DNA of 34,870 nucleotides from Perkinsus olseni (Eukaryota): NCBI GenBank assembly GCA_013115125.1, contig JABANN010000367.1, positions 1 to 34,870 of the forward strand, read 5' to 3'. Shown piece by piece: positions 27,063 to 34,870 of this stretch (position 1 is its first letter; each line of letters starts with the position of its first letter). The notes under the pieces were generated by a model. It saw only the letters and a program-made list of their open reading frames with translations, ran no database searches and was not told where the DNA came from. The position numbers and the translations under genes were made by a program.

Positions 27063-27227
27063 GTTGCTCAGAAGGGCAGCAGTTGACAGCAATGATGGGT
27101 TGTTGACGATAGTGATACTGAAACAGTCGCTGGGTCTCGAAGGAAGACGTTCGAGTGTCGTGTTGTAGTTAAAAGTAGTATCTTTCAATACAGGGGTCCT
27201 GTTCTGCCGGTCATCTGCTGCATCATC

Positions 27228-29252
27228 ATGTTAATACCATCATCAACTTTACCGGGAAGATACTCTTTAACATTACGCAAAGCATGCTGTTCATCATGGG
27301 TCATGGGACAGCGTCGATGGTGTCACTACAGCAGCAGCAATGATGCCTTCCCCGGCTCCAAACGCAGCGGTATAGAGTAGGTTTTGGTAGGTGTTGGTGG
27401 TGGTGTGGTAGAGATCGTTGTAGGTATCAAAGTGTCGGAGGGTATCAGAATTTTCTAATGACGGAATCGTTGCCGTACGCGGTACCACGGAACCAGAACT
27501 CCCCTATCTCCCCTCCATACGGGTTGTATCCTGAGCTCATCAGCGGAACAGCTTTCACTGCGCCACGAAATTCCAACTACTACACATGGACTTACAGGAA
27601 GTATCCTAGTGTTAGTCAGCTCAGTCGGCTGGATGATGGTGGTGGTGGTGGTAGTATTTATAGGAAATACCAGGGCAGTGAAAAGTAATGAAAAAATGTG
27701 AAAGATACTACCGTACTAGCGATGCTCAGTTTTTATGCTACCTCAACGGCTTCAACCTCTGCGGAGGAGTTCACGCCCGAGCCCTACAGATTCAAGGCCA
27801 CTGAGCAGGCGCAGGGCCTTGGGGACAAACAGGTTGACTGGATCGACTCTCTCTTTACCATTGCCTACCATAAGGGAGCTGCTTGTGGGGTGTATGATTT
27901 TGATAAGGACATGTCGAGCGAGATGAGAGTGTTCATGCATCATGATGCTGATGTCATGCTGCTGCCGAGAGAGAACGTGTTAAATATACGTAAGAAGGTG
28001 GTGGTAGGACGAGGTTTATCGCGGAAAAGTAGGTACGGAATTGGGAGTGTTGAGGGCTGGTCCCAGAGAGATGGTACTGCTGCCGAGAGGGATCAAGTTT
28101 ACTGTTGATAAAGTGGACGACGGCCGAGCGAGGGGGTAGTAATGGTGGTGGAAATTTTATGCTACTTTTACGACTATAACCTCCAGGTACTTTCTGGAGA
28201 ACTTTGGGGCGCCATTCAAGATTCCCGATCTGGGGCCCGTAGGCATCACGTCCGGGTTGGCTCATCCAAGGCATTTCAGAGCGCCAACAGCATCATCAGT
28301 CGAGGCAGGGGACGACCAGCAACGACACTTGGAATTGATCTCCAAGTTCAATGGCTCGGTGTAGTTGCTGGGGAGAGGTTGGGCTGGTGGGTTGGGAAGA
28401 TAGATTCATAGATGTATCTTTCGTTTTTACCTAGATATCTTTATATTCCTGTTGGTATCTTTTGTTCCTGTTGGTATCTTTTGTTCCTGTTGGTATCTTT
28501 TGTTCATGTAGGTATCTTTTGTTCATGTTGGTATCTTTTGTTTCTTTAGGTATCTTTCAAGGTTGAACAAGACCCCTTATGATGTAGTTGGATGGTTTGG
28601 TAATTATTATCCTACAGTGTATGACCTTGGATTGTTCATGGCTATTAATACCGTAACTTACGATCATCCTGATCCTAGTATTGGGGTAGTGCTACAATCA
28701 CCATCGCTATCGTATGCCCCGGGTACGGCAAATATTGACTTTGTCATTTTCCCACCCCGATGGTTGACATCAGAAAACACCTTCCGCCCGCCGTGGTTCC
28801 ACAGAAACGTAATAACCCATACGAGGGGGTCTTGTGAGCTTATCATCTTCCTTCAGGTTATGTCTGAATTCATGGGCCTTCTTTACGGTGGTTATGATGC
28901 CAAGCAAGGGTTCGAACCGGGTTGCAGTTCCATCCACAATAAGCTGTCTCCGCACGGTCCCGACCGGGCTACTGCTGTTGGTAGTAGTAATGATGGTCAG
29001 CCTGAGAGGTATCATGGTACTCTGGCGTTTATGTGGGAATCTGACGAGGCCTGGATACCGACCGAGCAAGCCTTGGGTGTGCTCAAAGATGATACCTACA
29101 TCGACTGTTGGGTCGGCGATGGTGGTGATGAGCAATGGGAGAGGTGGGGAGGTCTTGAGGTGGCTATTGGTAGTGTCAGTATCATCAGGTTCGACCCCAC
29201 AAGAAGGCCGGCTCATCCCGACAGATTGGCATTTGACCCGAACGAAGTTTGA
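27228..29252 (+). CDS. HGD: Homogentisate 1,2-dioxygenase, multi-exon
   Basis: QNSP..PYGLYPELISGTAFTAPR, PYDVVGWFGNYYP, DHPDPSI, DFVIFPPRW, TFRPPWFHRN|MSEFMGL, YDAK, SPHGPD, FMWES; Fe-ligand His/Glu/His equivalents present. Start inferred (ATG 27228, in frame through IE|YQSVGG). Confidence 0.92.
28411..28558. repeat. 19-bp intronic minisatellite in HGD
   Basis: Unit gttggtatcttttgttcct repeated, with degenerate flanking copies, ending at the exon start tag|gtatctttc. Confidence 0.9.
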
Positions 29253-29473
29253 CTGTTGTAGCTGCTCGTCTTTGTTTCAGAGGGAGGGTTCCTCCTGGAC
29301 GGGTGATTGTGAATTGGAGTTGTTTTACCTCTAGGCGATAGGTTGAGACATGTTGTTATCATCATCATCAGAAGCAGTGGTCAGTGCTAACCTGAATTTT
29401 TCTCACCACTAGTTGCCGTCGGTTGTGTTGCCCTTTGGGAATCTTCCTTTCTCCTTGGTTCCCCTCTATCCTG

Positions 29474-30456
29474 ATGACCTCAACTTCATCATCGTCAGCG
29501 GTGACCTCAGAAGCCCCCTTTGCTGCTGATGAAGGTCACGAGGAGGTGCCGAGTGCTACCATCAAGTTCCTGGGCAGAGACATCCCTCGTCACCGCGTGG
29601 AGAACGTGTTCAAGGGGGCTCTGGGAGGCTTTGTGCTGCTCAATGCCGTTATGGTAATAATAACAACAGCAACATGAACTTGATGATGATGCTGCTCCTG
29701 TTCGCCATTTCTCCCTCCCTGATCTCTCCATTACAATTTCAGTCTCATCAATGTGAATAGTCTCTCTTGTCATCCAAGAAAATTGAGATTCGCTATTTGT
29801 AAAACCCCATGGTCAACCTTAGATACCCTTAGTTGTGCCCAAGCTGTCCCGTCGTTATCGCGGCCCACCCTACCTCCCATCGACCGCTAAGAGCCTCGAC
29901 GCTATCTTCAACCGTCTGCTGCCGCGCTCGGGCGTCACCCCGGCCAAGTCCACTTTCCTGGACCTCGGGAGTGGCGACGGCAGGCTGGTCATCGCTGCTG
30001 CTTCGAAGGGCAACTTCCGTCGGGCTGCGGGCATCGAGCTGAATCCATGGCTGGTGCTTTTGTCGAAGATAAAAGCATCCACAACATCAGGAGTGGGCGT
30101 GGCGCCTCATTTTTACTGGGCTAACGCTTTTGATGCTGGCCTTATACGAAAGATAGACCCGCAGGTGGTGACGCTGTACGGCAGACCGGGTAGGTGGGAG
30201 GGTGGGTATGGCCGGCTGATGATGGTGTTGTTGGCTAGGTGACGGTGTGATGTCTAAATATGGCGAAGTACTGGAGGAGGCCCTCTCGTCTAAGGGTGGC
30301 GTAGTAATTTCTAATAAGTTTGGTATCCCGGGTTGGGGCCAGCGCTTGATAGGAGAGGCTGAGGGAGTCAAGATGTATAAGATACCTCCACAAGAACAGC
30401 ACGATGGTGATGGTACGAGCGATGCTGCCACCGAGCGAGAGAGAATGAAGGGTTAG
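29474..30456 (+). CDS. FAM173-like (ATPSCKMT/ANTKMT family) class I SAM-dependent lysine methyltransferase
   Basis: N-terminal hydrophobic segment (GALGGFVLLNAVM|TLVVP), PYLPST, FLDLGSGDGRLVIAAA, GIELNPWLV, VISNKFGIPGW; two introns. Confidence 0.75.
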
Positions 30457-30527
30457 TTTCTGTCCATGACCACTGTAGTGTCTACAACAGCATCAAGATT
30501 ATTATTTTCAGTTGTTGTTTCACTTCG

Positions 30528-32493
30528 ATGCTCGCCTCTCATCGTATGCTACCGCTAAGGGCCGCGACCGGCTTAGCAAGACTGCAACATCCGTGCAGGA
30601 TACGGAAAATAAGATACTTCTGCTCCACCGCTTCCCGACTCCCGTTGACGATGTGAGTGGTTTCCTCTCTCCACCATCACCGAGTTCTCCTCAGGTTCAC
30701 GGATGATCAGGAGTTACTCCGCAGTACCGTCCGCACCTTCGCCAACGATGTCATCGGGCCGTTGGTGAGTAAGATGGACGAGGAATCCTGCATGGACGAC
30801 AGCCTCGTCCAAGCCCTTTTCGATAACGGCTTTATGGGTATGGAAATAGAGGCCAGTAGAGGTGGCAGCGAGCTGGGCTTTGTAGAGGCATTGATAGCGA
30901 TCGAGGAGATCTCGAGAGTTGATCCTGCTGTTGGAGCGATGATTGATATCCACAACACCCTCATACCGAGATCGATCCATCTGTATGGCAATGATTATCA
31001 GAAAGACACTTGGTTACCGAGGTTAGCTCAGGATACTGTGGGGGCCTTTGCCATCTCTGAGGCGGGCGCTGGTTCGGATGCTTTTGCATTGAAAACTACA
31101 GCGACTAAGGTGCCCGGTGGTTGGACTATTAATGGCGATAAGTTATGGATTAGCAACTCGAGGGAGGCGGGCTTGTTTCTTCTCTTTGCCACTGTTGATC
31201 GGTCTCTCGGCCACAAGGGCATCACAGCTTTCCTTTTACCGAAGTATGAGGATGGTGCAGGTGCCAGTGTAAGAGAGGGGTTCACTATCGGCCCGCCTGA
31301 GAAGAAGCTAGGGATCAAGGCATCGAGTAGTATGGGGTGGTCGGGGTGATAAATAATTTCGCAACTCAGAATTGATTCTTATGTGTCTAATGCGGTTCCA
31401 GAATCGACCGTGGATCTCAGAATCGGGTTGTTGAACACCTCCGTTATTACTGGTTGGCTGCAGGTACGTGTCCGCTCAACTTTGATAATGTGTTTTTGCC
31501 GGATAACTCCTTGCTGGGCGAAGTTGGGGAGGGCTATAAAGTGGCCATGTCCCTTCTGAATGAGGGAAGAATTGGTATTGCTGCGCAGATGTTGGGGATA
31601 GCCAAAGCTGCTATCGGCCATTCTATTCGGTAGTGGTGATGGTGATGGTGATGGTGATGACGAAGGTGGTTGGTATGTGATGGTGGTGGTAGGTACATGA
31701 GTGAGAGGAAGCAGTTTGATAGGAGCTTGATGGACTTCCAGGGGATGAGGTTCCAGTTGGCCGAGTTGCAGGCGGAGATCTATGCCGCGCATCTGCTGGT
31801 GTAATACTCATACTGCTCCTGTTGATGATTAGTGGATGGAGTGGTATGGAGGAAGGAACCATTCCTTCACCCGTTCCTTTGTTGGGATAATCACCTTCTA
31901 CTTTCTCGCTAGTAGGATTCATCGACAACGACCATTGTTATTGTTATTACCACTGCTGCTTCAACTGTGGGGATGGCGAGCGTCTCGTGACTAGTCCGAT
32001 ATCATTACCAGCAGACCCGTCTTTGTTCCCCTAACGACGAGGGAATCATCTTTTTCATTCTCCGTAGTAAAAGTCTCAGACAGCAGCACTACTGGGATGC
32101 AGGACGAGTGGTTGATAAATGATCAATTTCATTACTCTACTGTCCTTTTCCCGACCTTGATGTTACCGACGCCCCTTCTGCTAGGCCCGGTAAAATATCT
32201 GTATTCCTCTCAGGTACAACGCTGCTGCCTTGAAGATCATGGTTGACAAGGGTGAGTTGGCTAGCAAAGATATCATCCTCGAGTGTAGCGCGGCGAAGTT
32301 GAAGGCGTCCAGGGTTGCTGAGGAGGCTGCCAGCAAGGGCATCGAGTGGTTGGGGGGTGTTGGTTACACGAAGGACTACCCCCTGGAGAAGTTGTATAGG
32401 GACGCTAAGATTGGGCAGATCTATGAGGGTACGTCCAATATACAATTAGAGACCATTGCGAAGGAGATTATCAAACGGCAGAAGAATGAGTAG
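30528..32493 (+). CDS. ACADSB: Mitochondrial short/branched-chain acyl-CoA dehydrogenase
   Basis: Presequence [19 protein letters not shown]...[105 protein letters not shown]. Confidence 0.85.
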
Positions 32494-32676
32494 TTTTTTG
32501 AGTCGTCATCTCACGTGAATTTTTTGAATTTGATTTTTTGCGGTGGCGGTCATGTTAAGGGTTGATTACAGACTGAGTAGTGTTTGCTCACCACATTTCC
32601 CCCAAATCGTTCTTGAGTTGTTGGTAGTACCGCCTCACTTTGCAGGGTTTCATCCTTTTCCTCTACCTTCTTCGCG

Positions 32677-33987
32677 ATGTCGGCTGTTGTTACCGGTTGT
32701 ATCATTGGCAGCTTCCCTCTAGACAGCACCCCGCAACTGCTGCGCTACCACACCGATCACATACCCAAGCCCATCCCTCATGACACCTTCGATACGGTCG
32801 TGGCTGGTGCAACCTTGCAGGATGATATGATGGTTGGAAATGAGGACGAGGGCGCATCTTCCAGTACTTCTGGGATTGAGGCGATGGTAGGTTGGTTGGC
32901 TTTGAACGCTTTATAGAATTCTGAGGGTGATTCAGGTTAGCGGACTGGGTGAGGCCTTGGCGAAAGAAGCGGAGTTTTACTCGGACCGTTTGGTAGTGGC
33001 GATGGTATCCTAGTTGCTGTTGCTGATTATTGTTGTTGTCAGAGTTCTGTCAAGTTGTCAGTATCAGCCAGCATGATACCATCTCAACTCACATCAAAGG
33101 GGACACTGCGACGTACTGCGATGAGGATGCTTCTGTTGAGGTACCTCAATCATCCCACCGCCCCAGCCGTCACTATTGGTAGTACCATAAAAGGCCAGAA
33201 TCCCAGTTGACTATCTTCTCTTCAGGTCTGCTGCCGTCATCAACGTCCCCATCTACATGCTATGTTGGGGAAGGAGGAGCTCTCCTCACGTCAAGACTGT
33301 CGAACATTGAACTTCTTTCCCTCGGCGTTAAACCTGGCGAAAAACTGACGGGAGAAGTAACGCACGTTTCCGGTACAAGTATTGGTGTGACGGTACTCGG
33401 GACTTGGCCGGCAACCATCCCTAGCGGTAACATGCTCTCTGATTGGACGTATGATGAGGGCGAGGCTACTTGGAAAAGGCAGCCCCCTGCTGCTGCTGTT
33501 GTGAAGAAGGGTGGGACGTGGGCGTCCTTGGAGGTGGTCACCTCAGTTTGTTTTTTTCTCAGGCACTCGTGTCACCTTCTTCGTGGACTCAGTGGTCACT
33601 GGTAGTGGTAGTGCTGCTGCCACAAACGACAATGACGATGATTCCTATGATTGGGATGCCTCCCAGACCGGTGGCAACAGAGGGTGTTACGGCGTTGGTG
33701 GTGTGGAGGAAGATGATGTTGATGCTACTTTCACGAGGAAGTGGGCAGCTGCCACCAAGGCGATCGAGGCCGACCCTAACGCCACGTCGTTTCGAAGTCT
33801 GGTGACGTCGAAGAAGATTCGGGACACTACGACGGTCATCTCCGCTGAGAGTACTTTTACTATCATTGGCGCTTTACTCGAGCCAGCCGGTGCTGGCGCG
33901 GTGGCGGCTAAGGGGAGAACGGCCGAGCTTGAGAAGGTGGAAGATGGCGAGGAGGATGAGGGCGAGAAGGTGACGAAGAAGAGAAAA

Positions 33988-34020
<33 letters not shown>

Positions 34021-34113
34021 GAGGAGGAGGAGGAAACAGAGGTGTCTCCTAAGGCCAGTAAAACTGTGAAGATTGAAAAGAAGCATAAGAAGCATCGAAA
34101 GTTGAGTCATTGA
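32677..34113 (+). CDS. RNA polymerase I subunit RPA43-like (Rpb7/S1-OB family), multi-exon
   Basis: KPGEKLTGEVTHVSGTSIGVTVLGTWPATIP...WTYDEGEATW...G|TRVTFFVDSV...TIIGAL fits the Rpb7-family OB fold; Lys/His/Glu-rich tail (KKRKHHHH...KKHKKHRK) fits A43. Confidence 0.55.
33988..34020 (+). repeat. (CAT)11 coding microsatellite (poly-His)
   Basis: Perfect cat repeats in frame in the RPA43-like tail. Confidence 0.9.
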
Positions 34114-34870
34114 TAATAACGTTCATAAGTTGACTGAGTCACCAACGTCGTGGTACAGCGGTATTTGCGTTGTTAGTAGTAAACGAGAGCAACTCAGTCA
34201 CTGGATTCAACCCCTGAACAGGTGGAAGCAGCCCGAGGCCTTGTGAAAGCGGTGAGGGGATCCTGCACGTCAATCCCCGACAGAAGATTGCCATGTTTAT
34301 CACCCAGGCATCTTCGTTGTTGTGTAATTCTCAAGTATGCCAACCCATGATCAACCTAAGATATGATATGGCCACCTGTAATACTTAGAAAAGGCGTGAG
34401 TGTAGATGAAGCCTTGGCTGGGTAACCTGCTCTTACCAATGCTCAACAAGCCCCGGTATCTCCTGCCGGTAGTGGCATTCGTCATTAGCCTTCTGTTGAG
34501 ACATCCCCGCGAAGGTAAAAATGCTCCGACGTGAGCGTTCTGCTTGTCTAACCCTCACCCTCGGGCCAGGGTGCTTTGAGGCTGCCCCCTGTAGGTGGGT
34601 AAAGAAAGCACTATCCTTCACTCTTTCGACACCATTTTCTCATGTTAACACTTCCAACCACGTCGGTCGTATCATCAATCGATGGACCGTTCCCTGTAGT
34701 TGTGAATAGATGTCGAGCCTAAAAGACGCCTTTCCCATTGGGTCTAGTAGAGGAAGGGGTCCGTCGAAGTAACCGAGTCGAAGCTGCCGCAGTTTATCGC
34801 TGACAGTGGGTACCCTTCTTGGACTTAGGATCCACTGTGTGGTCACCCTCGTACTCGCTAACACTACTCT

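Noticed and set aside
34433-34870. Minus-strand KL...YFDGPLPLLDPMGKASFRLDI as an integrase GPY/F motif
   Set aside because: Short, interrupted by a stop, cut by the window edge; could equally be a fragment of a lineage-specific gene.

Overview
Eukaryotic, intron-rich (mostly ~40-55 nt GT-AG introns), gene-dense genomic DNA. Gene style suggests an alveolate protist, probably Perkinsus (inference from intron size/density, low-complexity inserts and lineage-like secreted families). Left to right: a Gag-like retrotransposon ORF running off the left edge (three Cys/His knuckles, two 66-bp repeat arrays); a small mitochondrial-looking membrane protein; an intron-containing, bacterial-type sulfoacetaldehyde acetyltransferase (Xsc) with a presequence-like N-terminus; a ~1.7 kb inverted-repeat-bounded element with 15-bp periodic arms enclosing host-like gene fragments; a very large Slo/BK-type K+ channel head-to-head with a SERCA Ca2+-ATPase; three tandem secreted-protein paralogs with a homogenised C-terminus; and a tightly packed + strand run of RPL27, homogentisate 1,2-dioxygenase, a FAM173-like methyltransferase, short/branched-chain acyl-CoA dehydrogenase and an RPA43-like subunit. 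Exon boundaries were read by eye and are approximate. The most notable finding is the eukaryotic Xsc, which points to an organosulfonate/taurine desulfonation pathway.
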